The notes under the pieces were generated by a model, which was given only the letters and a program-made list of their open reading frames with translations, had not been told where the DNA came from and did no database searches. A program made the translations under genes and the position numbers. From Camelus ferus (taxonomy: Eukaryota), in assembly GCF_009834535.1 (NCBI RefSeq), contig NC_045698.1, positions 11,844,001-11,908,000 on the forward strand: a stretch of 64,000 nucleotides of DNA, given 5' to 3'. Below, piece after piece: positions 12,024 through 25,800 of this stretch; within the stretch, counting starts at the first letter, position 1, and each line of letters starts with the position of its first letter.

Positions 12024-12589
12024 TTCAGGAAAGAACTAAGCTCAATTCCAAAGTACTAGTTTGATTTCTATTTTTTTAATTGTGAGAAGTTGCGCCAAAT
12101 TGATGTTTAAGCATCGTGAAAAGGAGATACAAGAAAACAACCAAGGGCAGGATTCAACACCCTATACTGCACAGGCAGGAGCTAATCAGAATGGGTTGGA
12201 ACAGGGTCCCAGTAGCCATTTACTATGCCGGATGTTGGCCTTTATTTACTGGATCTGAAGACTTCTAGGGTTATCCTATAGGAGAGTCAGAAAAAATGGG
12301 GACAGGACAGCTTAAAGGGAGCCTTTGAAACAGTGGCTATTTATCAACTGGTTTAGAAATATTTTCCTATTTTAACAAGCAGCCCCAACATACTAGGGGC
12401 CCACAGATTGACGATTAGTCCTGGAACAGCCACTAGTGTGAATTCAGAAGCTGCCTATCCCACCACACCAACCCTCCTACTTGATGGAGAAGTCTAAGGC
12501 AAGGAAAAGAGGAAAAGAGAGGTGTAATCCATCCTGACTTATCTAGACTCTCCTCTTTTGTGTGGCACAGCCATTAATAAATGCGGGAA

Positions 12590-12930
12590 AGACTGGCTGG
12601 GTTTCACAACATACAAGGGAAGATCCGGCTGGAGGGTCATACACAAAGAGGATTTCAATGACTCCACATCGGACAGAAGAAACTGGGAGTCAATGCCCCA
12701 CAGGAGTTTGTTTTGAGACCAGTTTTATTTGACTTTGTACAATAATGCCTACAATAATTAGCACCTCGATGGAGGCTGGGAAAAAAAGAGGTCTAATTAG
12801 AGGTTAAGGAAAGTGTGAATTAGGAGTTGTGGGCAAATGTCAACTTTTGAAAGACCAGCACAATTTCAAGTATCATTGGCCTCCTAGAAAAAGGCAAGAA
12901 AGAAAGAAATTTCACACGGTAGAGCCCCGA
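12590..12930 (+). mobile_element. L3/CR1 reverse-transcriptase remnant
   Basis: Translates in pieces to 'RLEGHTQR' and 'PQEFVLRPVLFD', degenerate versions of the CR1 RT motifs WLxGRTQRV and PQGSVLGPVLFN. Confidence 0.65.
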
Positions 12931-13277
12931 GGTTAGGTAGGAACATAAGGACACAAGCAGGAGGTGATGCTGACAACTCGTGTGTAGCTAATATATTGAT
13001 GCCTGTCATTCCTTTCACACCAGCTTCATCTATTCATTTATCTACTCAAAATATACTGAACCCCTACCATTCAACCCTTTAAATAAACTTGTTAAAGTTT
13101 TCCTTGAGTTGAAAAGCACCTTATCCATGCTCACTTTAATATAGAAATAATCAGTTGATTCTCCTCAAAGCAGAAATCATGTGATAGCCTCCTATAAAAT
13201 GAATTTTAATTACAGAGCTAACAATAAATCCATTCCTTTTTGAAAAAGGAAAAATGGTAAACACTAAACTAAAAGTT

Positions 13278-13409
13278 GAATGACCGTCTAATTTATTATC
13301 TAAACCAGAACACTCTTGAGTGTGAATGGAAGTGCATTTAATTGTTACACTGGGACACTGGCTCTAAACTGAGACCCACCAGACTAGTTGGGACATTGGG
13401 TCACCATAC
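13278..13409. mobile_element. hAT-Blackjack MITE (MER94/MER81-like)
   Basis: 'tgaccgtctaatttattatctaaaccagaacactcttgagtgtgaa...gggacattgggtcaccata' with degenerate terminal inverted ends (tgacc/ggtca). Confidence 0.65.
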
Positions 13410-14691
13410 AAATAAGAACTCTAAGTAAAGCACCTTGAGAAAACCCTGCTGGGTCTTCCCCCAAAGAAGCTGGATCTTCCACCTTCTTCAAAGGCAACTA
13501 CTGTTATGATTCGAGAAGAGCAACAACTTGAAAGCCTTCGAAGTTTATAAAATAACTGCTAGAAAGTCAGACAACTTTTGCAGAGCCAAGAAAGGTGAAG
13601 TTAGATAAGGAAAACAGGAGTGAAAGTCTCCCAGAACATGACACCTCTTCAGCTCACAGTTCGACCTGGGAGATCACTTCTCTGTTGCCCACTCCCATAA
13701 TTCTCACTTGGAAACACTTCCTTCCAACGCATCTTAACTCTGCTGGGCAATGTCTCAGCAGTTGGTCTTAAGAGATATTGGCCAAAGAGATCCAGCTTAC
13801 TATGGGCAGTCTCTCAGAAACCTTTGGTCAATTCTTTTTCTGCTTTACAAGGCCTTGAAGGGACTCTTATTTTCATTTTTGGAAATCAGTCACTCAAGAA
13901 AACTCCCCATCAATACTGTATTTCCATCTGCGGTTGGATGCAGAGACGCACTTAAATTAGGGGGAAAATTATTGCCAACTTCTGATGGTCTAAAGAGAGC
14001 TGATAATGTGCATTCAATACCCCAGAAGTGAAAGTCACTGGGGAAATCTGATTTCCATCCTTCATTCATTGCTTCCCATTGGCAGGAGAGACACTTCATA
14101 CCAGTGAGGAGGTCAGGAGACAGAGCTGAGCAAGGTCGGGTTCAGTCCCTCCAGGGAGTCATGGCCCCCTGCACATCAGACATTCTGTTTGGCCAAAGGA
14201 AAGGAGCTCACCTGTTGTCTGAGCTGGGCCAGGGACAGCTGGACAAAGTTTTTTGAACTCAGCAGGAGTATTACTAAGTCTATTTGGCTCACATTTAAAG
14301 CCATGCCATGTTTCCCCAGCAACTTAATCAATAGTAAAGCCAACTTCCTTTTTATGCCCCATCTGTCTGTATTCCCTGGCCTTTCTCTCTCCAAAATGTG
14401 GAGAGAAAGATGAGTGTCATGTACTGGTCTTCCAAAGTCCCACATGTAGCTCTGACTGGTGAGGTTTCATAACAACTCTTCATCGTGACCACCATGTCGA
14501 GCAGAGGCAATGCAGGTCCCGATCCACATATACTGTTTTCCCTTGTACCTCTGTGCCTAATAGCACACATTTGCTCGCAGTTCCCCAGGATCAGCTGTGA
14601 GGTGCAGGTTTCCAGGATAGAGTCTCCTCCATTAATAGCCATAGAGAGTGGAAGCTTGTCATCCTGAAATTAGTAGCATCACACCCTACTG

Positions 14692-14842
14692 CAGTAGATC
14701 TCAACTTTCTTAAAATCATAGACTATTTAGATTATCATGTAGATACGAAATGTCACCCTAGGAAGATGCACATATTCAAAAATTTTGGCATCTAATTTCA
14801 CCAGCTTCCTGAAGCCCCTGTACCAACGGTTACAAATCCTGC
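14692..14842. mobile_element. hAT-Charlie MITE (MER117-like)
   Basis: 'cagtagatctcaact...gatgcacatattcaaaaattttggcatctaatttca...ggttacaaatcctg'. Confidence 0.45.
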
Positions 14843-15629
14843 AGCCTGCTCAGATGAGTGCATGACCCAACTGTCTCACTTCTAACTGGCTGGCAGAGAA
14901 GGTGAGAATCTTAGGTGCTGAGGTACGAGGGGACATTTGAGCTACTGAGAGCCAACTTCTCATTTTAGACTCCAAGAAACAGACCTAGAATAAGGTTGTT
15001 TTAGGTTGTAACAAGCAAATCCCTTTAAGCTCCTTAATATTTCAAGTGCATGAGGCCTGTTTTCCCTTGCACAGCAACATGAAAGTCTTTTCATCCCAAA
15101 GCTCTATTTCCTCTGTACTAACTTATTCTCGATGTGGAAAATCAAGGGACCCAGAAGAAGTTCCTTCTGCTTCTGGAACAATTAAACTATCCTCATGAGC
15201 ATAGCTGATGTAGGTTGGTGTTTGGAAACCAAATGCAAATAGCTTGAAAAAAATGTATTGAACACAGTTTCAGGGCCCAACAGAAGCTCAATGTTTGATC
15301 ATTATCTGGCAATGGAAGGGCTACATTAAAAAACAAAGCCCACTGTTGTTTGTGTTTATTATAACTACATATTTTATGCAAACATATCATGATATGAAAA
15401 TCAATGACAGCCCTGAGGCTCTGGGCAAGTAGCCAAAGTGACTGTAAGCCACAGAGCCCAGGCATCTCTGTCATGTAGCTCCAAACACCTACAAGAGCAT
15501 CAAATCACCTTGTCGTGTGTTTCCCTGCTTTGGTCAGCCCGACTTAAGGCCTTCCTAATTTTTCATTAGTTCTTCCTTCTTCTGTGACCATAGAAATTGT
15601 TCCTTCCTTCTGGGATCTCTTGACCTTGT

Positions 15630-15836
15630 CACTCTTGGCGTGTGGGACCGGATCCATTTTTGCTGGGGGGAGTAGTCCTGTGCATTCTGGCTTATTTAAC
15701 AGCATCTTGGTCTCTACTCACTGGAAACTAATGGCACCCCTGCCTCCCCAGCTGTGACAACCAAACTGTCTCCAGATATCACCTAATGTCCCCTGAGAGG
15801 CAAAATTATCCTAGCCCCCAAGCTGAGAGCCACTGC
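15630..15836. mobile_element. MER20 (hAT-Charlie) MITE
   Basis: 'gtcctgtgcatt...tttaacagcatc...ccccagctgtgacaaccaaactgtctccagatatcacctaatgtcccctg...gctgagagccactg'. Confidence 0.8.
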
Positions 15837-18089
15837 TTTAAAGAAATCTGTTGAAATCAAGAAGGCAAGTCAAATTGAAATTTAAGGGAGAGCTGAGAGT
15901 TGAAAGGCCCTAAGACGTCTCTTTCCCCTGGTAGGAGGCTGCTGGTTTTCTTCCCAAAGATTTTTCTGAACCCAGGAGGCCTCTCCAGATGCAGTTCCCT
16001 GGGAATTCTTCCTCCTGACCCTCCAGCCTCCTCTGCTTTGCTTCAGGACCATTTCCTCTCGCAGTATACGGTGCCATCCTCGGCAGTTCTAATCTGTTCT
16101 GTAATAGAAGCACTCTGCGCTTGCGGGGAACACCAGATTTATTTCATTCAGACAAATAATCAATGCCGGGGCTTCTTAATGAAAGGAGATGGGGCGATTG
16201 GGAAGAGAGTGGGGAAGTGGCTTAGGGAAACGTGCCTGGCCCATGTCGCTTTACCCGATGAGCAGAGTGTTTGGCCCAGCGACTCTAGAAAGGACTCTGC
16301 AAAGTTGGGCATTTTCGAGTAGCCCCCAGGATGCTGACCTTTAGCCATAGAATCAGAACCCAGCCAAATGGAACATGGGGAAGAAGTTTCCAGTGTACCT
16401 GTCCGTGAGTTACCCTCATCCAAATTCCCTCCATCTTGCTAATTAATGGCAGAGCTCCATCCGACTCCAGAGCCAAAACGCAATAATGTAGCTCATTAAG
16501 TGCCACAAGGGAGTATTTCGGAAAGATGCAAAAGGAACAACTCCTTTATTTCCTCTCCCCAGAGTCTTATTTCCACTCTAAGTTTTTCTCCGTTTCTTCT
16601 GGTTTGAACAACTAAAAATTGGCTTGAACAATAACTCCCCACTCTAATTCATCTCTGAGCTAGTTTTTTTTTTTTTTTTTACCTTTTATGTTTCCCGAAG
16701 TGCATGTGACTCAGTTTCAATTCCGAATTCCATATGAGCAAAGTGAATTCATATTTTTCATCTCCAATTAAATAATTCATTTCTCTAATTCTAAAGCAAC
16801 CAGTTCAAATACTGAGTTGACAGCAACTCATCTAGGGTATTCATGGGAAACTCAGCTTTCTTTCTCCCTCCTCCCTTCTGATGTCGGCTTCTCAACTTTG
16901 GTGGCAGTCTTAGAGCATGTCGAGCAGCAGAATCAATACCTCATTAAGTTATTTCAAATCGGCAAACTACAGCTGCTTCAGCCCAGGAGCATGAAGTCTG
17001 CTTTCATCAATAGAATCTCAGGTTCTGTCTACACAAAGACAAAACAATTGGATAATTTAGTCAATTCTTTTTTTAAAAAAAAAAAAAGTCCAGTGGGCTG
17101 TTTGGTATTGGGTGAGCCAAACAATAATTTCCCTGTTATTTTTGTCACATGCACAGCCCACAGGACTGACAGAGACAGTCATGATGCTCCAAGTCATTTC
17201 ATTGAGTTCACGTAAGACTGTAAGCCGAAGAATGCCTATTCTGTCCTTAAATGCTACCAAGAAAAATCCCCGGCCAATCGCCAATGAGTATGTGCCTTTC
17301 TTATCTGAAATGACCTAAGTATGAGAGGGACTGGAGATGATTCAGGGAAAACTGAGCACTTACTATGAATAAAGCCCAAAGGTAGAGAAATGTTTAAAAG
17401 ATTATAAGACGTGAATCCTACCTTCAAACGGCTTATGGTCGAGGTAGGGAACCAAGACTGGCATATGTGGGGGAAAAAAAAAACTTACCAACAATCCAGG
17501 GCAGAATACAACTTATTGGTCAACAGTGTGGATTAGGGGCTAATGTTGGAGAAGCACCAAAGACAAGCAAATCGTCAGTTAAGATCTTGTGACATTTAAA
17601 AAGAACAAAGCAAAACAAAACTTGTTAGTTAATCAAGCCTATACCTAAATTCCAAATTGATTATATATGCTATAGCCAAAGAAGTATTCTTCAATAATAG
17701 AAAAATATGTGGACTTTGCAAGCAAATTAGCCTGTGTTGCAAATCAAATGTATGCACCTAAGAGTAGATGTTATCCAGAGACAGATATGGACTCACAACT
17801 ATGAAATCATTCACAAACCAACCTGGCAAGATCTGACTACTTCTGGTAGGTGAACAGCTCCAAATAGTGAATTCCAACTTTTTTAGAACAAAATCAAGTT
17901 ACTGTTTACCTTCAACACCAGCCAAAGGACAGAGCGAAGACTGGAAGCCTTTAGCTACAGAGCCCAACAGCCTCGCTCAGGATTGCAGGTGCCCTTGGCA
18001 AGCACTGCCCTTTATACTCCTCCTCTATTTTCTATTCCTTTTCCAATGCTAATATGTCTTCTTGACTTATTTTCCTTCTCTTTCAATTA

Positions 18090-18925
18090 CTTTTAAGTAG
18101 TCTTTGTATTGAAGCAAACATACATTCAGGAAAGGTATACAGATACCAACATATAACTCAGTTAATTTTCAGTATGTAAAGTGAACACAACGTGTAATCA
18201 AAACCCATATCAAGAAACAGCATTGCCAGCAGCAGGAAAATCCTTTTGTGCCCCCCTCCCAGTCGCTGCCATGACTTCTAAGAACAGAGATTAGTTTTGC
18301 TGGGTTTTTAACTTTATATGAATGGAATCATATGGCATGCATGGCTTCCTTGGTTCAAAATTATGTTTGTGAAATGTATCTATGTAGCTGTGTGTAGTGG
18401 GTGTTTACACATCCACATTGCTCTTTAGTATCCTGTTATGTGAATACACCACGGTTTATGTATCCATTCTACTGCTGATGAGTATTTGGACTGTTTCCAA
18501 TTTGGGGTTATTACAAGGAGTGATGCTATAAATATTCTTGATTTTAGTAGTTCAGTTTTAGTAGATATAGTTAAAGAGTTTTCCAGGGTGGTTGTACCAA
18601 CTTGCCCTTCCAAAAGCAGTCTATGAGAATTCTAGTTTCTCCATATCTTCAACCACCTCTCAGTTGTCAATCTTTTTCATCATATCCATTCTTGTGGGTA
18701 TACAATGGCATCTTCTGGTTTTAATTTGCATATTTCTGAGGAACAATGGTGTTTGACCATTATTTCATATATTTGTAGGAGATTTGCATATGTTATTTGC
18801 AAAATACCTATTCAAGCCTTCTATTTCTCATCTGTCTTTTTTCTTACTGATTTTTAAGAGTTTTCTATATATTTTGTTGGAAATATCTTCTCCCATGATG
18901 TGGCCTGGTTTTTTTCCTATCTGAA
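18090..18925 (-). mobile_element. Old L1 (L1ME-like) 3' region
   Basis: Minus-strand ORF 18425-18613 'IFIASLLVITPNWKQSKYSSAVEWIHKPW' resembles the L1 ORF2 C-terminus. Typical antisense 3' UTR. Confidence 0.8.
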
Positions 18926-18929
18926 TGGT

Positions 18930-19400
18930 AAGTACTTCCAGAGTTAGTTAATTTAGTAGCTCACCAGTGTCAACTTTTCTGTAGGTCTCCTGACTTTTCC
19001 TCCATGGTTTCAATACAACTGCCACAGTGCCAACCAGCACATCTTTTCATCACAATATTTTTGTAAAACAGGAAGAAAGAAGGAAGAAGGTTTCTTCTTA
19101 CATGTCTATTTCTTTTTATCTGGGAAGAAAATCTTTCCCAGAATATCCTTCATTCCTTCCACAACAGACTTCACAGGTTTCACGAACCAGATTTCGGTCA
19201 CATGTCAACACCTAAACCAATCACTGTCAAAGAGGAATGGGGCTGCTGTGACTGGCTTGGAACAATCACGATTCATCTCAGGAGAAAGGGGTTTACAAAC
19301 CATCACTGACAGCTTCCTGAACCAAACTGGTATTCTGTTAGCAAGGAGGAAGGAAGAAGGGAAATTGACTTTTGGCTAGGAACCAGCCACATCTACCACA
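18930..19400 (-). mobile_element. Old MaLR LTR (MLT1J/K-like)
   Basis: 'cagatttcggtcacatgtcaacacctaaaccaatcactg...tattctgttagcaaggaggaagg...ctaccaca'. Confidence 0.7.
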
Positions 19401-20259
19401 GTCACCAAGTGAACTTCAACGGAAATTTGAGGGAAAAATAAGATAAAAAAATAGATATTTAAAACAGTAAATTGAGTTTCATTTTAATTTTAATTTTAAT
19501 TAAAAAACATAATAGGGTGTTCAGGTATTTATTTATAGTTAAATAAGAATAACAAGGATTTCAGCCTAGAAATAAACCTATATCCCAAGCTGTCTCTGAC
19601 ATACGAAGAACGGATTTAGGTTACTTTGGAAATATTTGTATAAACAGACAAATACAATCACAGAGATAGTGGCAGGTCTTGGTATGATTTCATCATCATG
19701 ATGGAAATAATTACCCAATTAATCAGTAAATTTTTAGATGATAAATTATTTGGGAATAACAAGTTGTGTCTGTATTAACCACAACACTGTACAATTACAG
19801 CCAATTTGACATTAAACAGAGATCTGATGTATAGTGTCTCATCTGAACGCCTTAACAACTCTGTCATGTAGACAAGGGAAATCCTATTCTCTCCATATTT
19901 GTAGATGAGGAAATTAAGAGGAATTAGTAAGGAGAAATTAAGAAATTCATTAAAATTAATTAAAAAATTAAGAGAATGCATTATCTGGGAGCACAAAGCT
20001 GATTCACACAGTTGACTAGAACTCTCTTGCTTATGAGACCACCTATCTATCTATTGCATCCATCCATTTATCAATTCACCTATTAATTCACCTATTGATA
20101 AATGTAGTAACTAAAGTTTATTAATGATGAGCAAACAAATGCCATGTACTTATGTTCAAATTTATAAGCTAAGGATTTTTATATTTAACTGATGGCTACT
20201 TTCTCTGGGGGAGGAAAGAGAGAGGACTTTCAACTCTTCATTCACTTCATTGTTTACTG

Positions 20260-20477
20260 GATCTAACATCCTAGAAAAGATATCTTGAAGGTTAGCCCTC
20301 CAGCATAGTGTGCCTGCAGTGTGCCGTGTAATTTCCAGGACCTGTAAGTAATAAACTTTTCTTTTTCAAATTTCCCTGATGGTTATTGCTAAGGGCATCT
20401 TTCAATCATAATAAAAACCACAAGGGCCAGTCTAGCTACAACATTCGTTATCAATGGGCTGAAACCCACATACAACA
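20260..20477 (+). mobile_element. ERVL-type LTR 3' remnant
   Basis: 'gtaagtaataaacttttctttttcaaatttccctgatggttattgct...tacaaca' has a polyA signal, a U5-like tail and a CA end. Family uncertain. Confidence 0.4.
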
Positions 20478-20769
20478 AATGGGTTTGCTCATGTTTATAG
20501 ACTGAAGAAAAAAAGTCAACGAGAGTAAGAGACTGAAGATCGAGAAAGAAGAGGTGTAAGAGAATAAGGTCAAGTATCAGGGTGGAAAACAGAAACTTGT
20601 TAAGAAGCGCACCTAATTCTGGGACTGAATGACTAATGCAAGGATGAGATGGAGAAAATTATAGATGAGCAAGAGACTGGGAAGATAGTAAAGTACATGT
20701 CAATGATTTTTGTTTTGGGGTGCATAATAACAATATGATAATAATAAAATTGATAAACATAAACATCCT

Positions 20770-20940
20770 TGGTGCCACTACATGCAAGACATTTTGCTAA
20801 GCATTTTACCTGAATTACCTCATTGGATCCCTTTAACAACGCTGTGAAGTGGATACTATCATTGTTATGTTTATTTTGCAGATGTGGAAACTGGGGTTTG
20901 GGCAGGATTAACTTACCCAAGATCACATGGCTGGTACAGA
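20770..20940 (-). mobile_element. MIR SINE
   Basis: 'ttttgcagatgtggaaactgggg...ggattaacttacccaagatcacatggctggta' MIR core. Confidence 0.8.
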
Positions 20941-23885
20941 GCTACTGGCCCAATGATCAGCACAGCACTGACATTCTGTGGCCACTGGTTCCATCTCTTA
21001 GCTTGAGAGAGAACATGAGGACCAGGGTTTGGATGCCTTCCTAATTAGTACTGGGCAAATATGTGCATCCTCACCTGGGCAAGGATGCTAAATGACAAAT
21101 ACTTTAAGCATATTTTAAAATATATATATTTCATTTGCTAACAAGCATAACACGAAATTTTCTCAGTTTACATAAGCTTTAATCCTAGTCTTCTATTTTC
21201 TAAGCTGATCATTCTTAACATATTTTTCCAGTTGAACTGGTGCTTAAAAGAGTCAATTTTTACATTCTCTTTTGAAAATTAAAATAGCTGTTTCAGCAGC
21301 AAATCAGGAGACTCAGCATTTCAACTGAAATGTTCAATATCTTTCCATTAATTATCTCTCCTTGAATAAGAAATGCAAATTAAATGAGTCAGTTTTACCC
21401 AAACCCAATAAAGTCTTGATATTCTAAAGCAGCATACATCAAAGACACAGATGATACTTCCGGGGCACCATTGTTGCATGACAACCTTTTCTTTGTGGTC
21501 CAAAAGAATGATATGTTACAATCTTCTATAGTCTTCTTTATAGGTTCAAGTGACCTAGAGAATTGGATGAGGAAGTTAAGGAGGTAGAAATACCTTCCTT
21601 AGTTAGGGTTGCATGAGATCACCAGGAAGAGTATGTTAGTTTTATGTGGGTGAGTGGGTTTGGGTGTCTCCAACTGCCTATTAAAATGCTACCCCTCCCT
21701 ACTTTGGCTTCATGCCTTGTGCAAGGTGGATGCCAAAAAACTGGATCCACAAAGGAGTGGAAGAAGGCATATGTGAATACCGTCAGGGCCTGACCTCCCT
21801 GCCAGTACATACAGAATCCAAATAAGTTACTGAAAATCTGATTTGTATCTTTCAATTTAAAAAATTATCACACTGTTTTTTATATCATAATCATCATGAC
21901 CCACCAACCTCCTCTAAAATTCTGGAAGCTTTTACTTTTTCACTGCAGCTGCCCAGAGCATTGCATCACACGGGCTTCACAGTAGACACTCAATAAACAA
22001 ATAGAATTAAATTGAAAATATCAGTTATAGAGACTAGGAAGAAAAATTTTAGGGTATGGTGAGTAATATTTTCAGTATCCTCTGATCTAAAATAGTTTTC
22101 TTACTAAATTTATATATATTTCTTAGTGGAATACACTGATATTTTGGCTCAGACTTGAGAAATTATTATTTTCCCATTATTGGTAAGGAAGATACTGCTG
22201 TTCTAGAAGTTTTACCCTTTTTTTTTTTGTGCCATGAATCCCTTTGACAGTCCAATGAAATCTATATTCATAATTAAAGTAAAAGCTCAACTTCAGTTAG
22301 AGTTTAGGAAAATCAAAAAGTTAATTTTTCCCATTCACATTGAATGCTATGGCACGTGGACACCAGGTAACGAAGGCCTGATGAAATCAATTTGAAATAT
22401 GTCCACAACGTAGGCAATGCTGTCTCTTTATGCCAGCTTCATTTTTCAAAAACAATCTGCTAGATTTACTGTTTATATTCTGTCTTGCATATAATCTTCT
22501 AACTGTTCCAAACATTTTGATAATAAATGTTCTCCATAAATAACTCATTTGAAATCTTTTGAAATGGTCTTTGCTCCAAACTGATAAGACTAGGTAGAAA
22601 ACTCCTGTGCAGGTAAGACAAAAGCAAAGATGGTGACCCCACCTTGAACTTCAGGTCTTCCTCTTTATTGTCTCCTAATCAAGCCGCACTTTTCAACTTG
22701 GGGAGGAGAGGGATGAACCAGAGTGTTACTCTCTGTTTATAGCAACTGCCTGGCCTTTCCTCCTTAAGGGAGCCACACACCTGAAACATAAACCTGATTT
22801 CCAAACACCAGGTTTTAATCATGCACGTATCAGTACCTCAGATTTTCTCTTCTCCATCTTTAGCATATGCAGGTTCATTTATGGAACAGTTTTTTCCACA
22901 TCGAGTGAGAATTCACTAGAAGATCTGAGAACCATTTGGAAATTTTGGATTGTATGAACTCCTGGATGAATAATTTCTCTTTGGCACATGGGAAGGAAGA
23001 GCTGAAAGATCATTGAAGATTATTTACAATGTCCATTTAAAAAAAACCCTCTAAAATTCTTTTTCCCCCAACTAGTTTAATGAGAAAATAATTTGAATAA
23101 AGAAATCATGGAATTCTTTGGTGGCTTCTTTTTGACAAAGGGTACAAGCCCCACTGTTATATAACGTATATAGTTGGAAGTGGATAGGAACTCTCTGAGC
23201 CATACAGTTAGATTAAATTCTTGTATTATTCTTTTTAGAAATGCAGGAGCTGAAGCAAGAAATGAACTGTGTCCTTTTGTTACTTTTTTTTTCCTTTCAA
23301 CTAAATCTTGTTTCAGTGATCCATGTCTATATCCTCCAAAAGGAGGATTCAATTTTTACTTTAAAACATCTTCAATTTTTGCTTTGAAAAATGGGCTTGG
23401 GCCACAACCTTCCCTGTCAGACACTTTAATTTGTTCTGGCCTTTCTGGAAAGCACTGTCAACCTGGGTTTTGCCAGCAGCCTGAATGGAGTAATGCCCCT
23501 GCAGCGGGCCACCAGGTTTGCCAGTAGGAGCAGGAGGCATCGTGGAAAATAGAGAAATTCCTTGGCTTTCAGACCATGAGCACACCCGTCTGCATTTTGC
23601 CATCTCGGGCCTCTCTAGATCCTAGTCGGCACTGACACTCGTTCCTTCATTACCTGGGAGGAGCTGGTGGGAAAGAAAGACTGGCCAGAAACGAAACCAA
23701 AAGCCTATCTGGCAATGAGTTTTTTAAAACTGCTTGAAACAACACACTGGATCTGAGACGATATCAAGCTAGCATCTGCATTATAATCACAGTGGCTCCT
23801 GCAGGAAGATCCTCTGTTCTATTCTCTATTCAGAAACTGTCATTGACTGGCTTACAAACCAGTCTTTGAAAGCAGATTATTCTTT

Positions 23886-24020
23886 TTTTTTATTTAGTTT
23901 TTTTTTGGGGGGGGGTGCATAATTAGGTTTATTATTTATTTTTAGAGGAACTGGGGTTTGAATCCAGGACCTCGTGCATGCTAAGTGTGCACTCTACCAC
24001 TTGAGCTATACCGTCCTCCA
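23886..24020 (-). mobile_element. tRNA-Ala-derived camelid SINE (Vic-1-like)
   Basis: The minus strand reads ggtatagctcaagtggtagagtgc (A box) ... gtcctggattcaaacccc (B box), then 'aaacctaatta', a C-run and an A-tail. 19-bp TSD tgaaagcagattattcttt (23867-23885) / tgagagcagataattcttt (24021-24039). Confidence 0.85.
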
Positions 24021-24359
24021 TGAGAGCAGATAATTCTTTAACAGATTTTACCATATTTTGATTTATCCACAGATCTCCCTCCCCATGCTCACTAATGTTC
24101 CAGTTATTACCCAAGAGAAGCCATGGCCAGGCTACAGCAGCTCCTAGCTGGACCCCAGCACAGGCGGAGGACAAGTTCTTTGCACAAACAGACTTAGTAA
24201 GTGTTTGTTGTCACAGGATTAATTTATTTTTGAGAAGCTTCTTTAAATCATTATCACCCATTGCCCTAAAATTCAATAAAATCTCTAGCAAACACGAAGA
24301 CCCCGCTGCACAGCAAAATAGAATCAAACAAATTTTTTCATTCCCTATTCATTTAGATT

Positions 24360-24495
24360 TGAGGTTCTTAAACATTTTTTATGACATGGACCCCTTTGGC
24401 ATTTACATGAAATCTATACACTCAGAATAATAGTTTTTTAAATCATAAAAGAGAATAGATAAAATTATAAAGGAAACCAATAATATTGAAGTATC
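24360..24495 (+). mobile_element. MER119-like (hAT-Charlie) fragment; a related fragment lies at about 22205-22380
   Basis: 'ggttcttaaacattttttatgacatggacccctttggca...ctcagaataat...aaaggaaaccaataatattgaa'. Confidence 0.65.
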
Positions 24496-24524
24496 ATCAT
24501 CGACGTACCTAAAAATAAGTCTGG

Positions 24525-24875
24525 TGGATTTTGGGCTTCTGGTCCAACATGTAGGGAGTTTAGAAGTGTGTACTCTGTTCCAACAACAAATAAAAAGCTG
24601 AACAACTGAAAAAGCAGCAGCTCCTCTGAGATCTGACAGAGAAGGTAGGTCACCTGGCTAACCACTGCCCCTGAATTGGAGACACAGACAGGCAGAAACA
24701 GAATCACAACTTTCCGGAACAGAAATCCATGAGCAGAAACCACTTCTGGGACCTGCACAGGGGTAGGAAAACCTGAACTGTAATTGATGAATTGCTGGAG
24801 AGAATCTTTTTAACAAATGGTGCTAGAACAACTAGATATGCACCTGCGAAGACTGAATCTAGACACAGACCTTAC
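24525..24875 (+). mobile_element. Old L1 5'-end fragment joined to a short ORF2 piece
   Basis: 'gcttctggtccaacatgtag...aaaaagctgaacaactgaaaa' resembles an L1M 5' UTR. 'tttttaacaaatggtgctagaacaact' is from ORF2. Confidence 0.55.
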
Positions 24876-25000
24876 ATTGTGGTTCTTGGCTGGACAATCG
24901 GGCCAGGCAGATTTGACAGTCTCCAGCACAGATGACAGCAGTACTCAAGTTATCAACCCTACCACCAGCAGAAGCAGCACATCTCATTGACATGGAGGTG

Positions 25001-25370
25001 TGCTTTGGACTGAATTGTGTCTTCCTTTAAATATACATTGAAGTCCTAACCCTCAGTATGAGTATATTTTGATATAGGGCCCTTCAAAGTTAATTCTGTT
25101 TAGATGAGGTCATGACAATGGGACTCTCATGCTGACATGTGTGACTTTAAAAGAAGAAGAGGATAGAGATCATGCTCTCTTTCTGCCAAGTGAACACACA
25201 GTGAGAGGACGCATGTCTGCAAGCCAGGGAGAGCGTCCTTGTCAGGAACCAAATCAGCTGGCACCTTGATTGTCGACCTCGCAGACAACAAAATTGTGAG
25301 AAATAAATATCTATTGTTTAAGCCAACCACTCTGTGATCCTTTTTATTGCAGCCTGAGCCGAGATAAGAT
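25001..25370 (+). mobile_element. MaLR solo LTR (MLT1B-like)
   Basis: 'tgctttggactgaattgtgtc...ttgaagtcctaaccctcag...tgtgagaaataaatatctattgtttaagcca'. Confidence 0.8.
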
Positions 25371-25559
25371 TCCTTGTGTAGCAGAGAGAGGATCAGAGCA
25401 AAAGAGGAGGAAAAAGCATCACAGATGATCAGCTGTTGGCAAGACTTGCTTCTGGGTACGATTAAGTATTTCTAAGAAATACTTTGTGTCAACGCTACAG
25501 GCAACTCAGGACCTGCATTGTAACAGGAGAGTCAAGGGCTAGTAAAACAGAAGTTAATA

Positions 25560-25800
25560 ACACCAACAATAGGTAACACATAGTTCTTGCTCAATGCCAG
25601 GCACTGGTCTAACAACTTCACATGTGCCTACTCATTTAATCTTCACAATGACTCTTTATAGGAGATGCTATTATATCTCCATTTAAGAGATTAAAAAAAA
25701 AAAACTGAGTCATAAAATGTTTAAGAAATCTCCCTGAGTGTATACCGCTCTGAGAAGTGGTACTGGGATTTGAATCTAGACAGATTCTGGAGTCCTTTTA
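25560..25800 (-). mobile_element. MIR SINE
   Basis: 'tgccaggcactggtctaa...ctcatttaatcttcacaa...aaactgag...gggatttgaatctagacag'. Confidence 0.75.

Noticed and set aside
14176..14445. Leu-rich minus-strand ORF ending at a CAG|gtgagc donor
   Set aside because: No convincing acceptor, no recognisable protein, and no compatible neighbouring exon.
16817..17318. Cluster of ORFs and splice-like sites on both strands
   Set aside because: The frames terminate quickly or lack donors, and no consistent gene model could be built.
23886..24020. Possible tRNA gene
   Set aside because: It has a SINE tail, poly-A and TSD, and the acceptor stem is degenerate. It is a SINE, not a tRNA.
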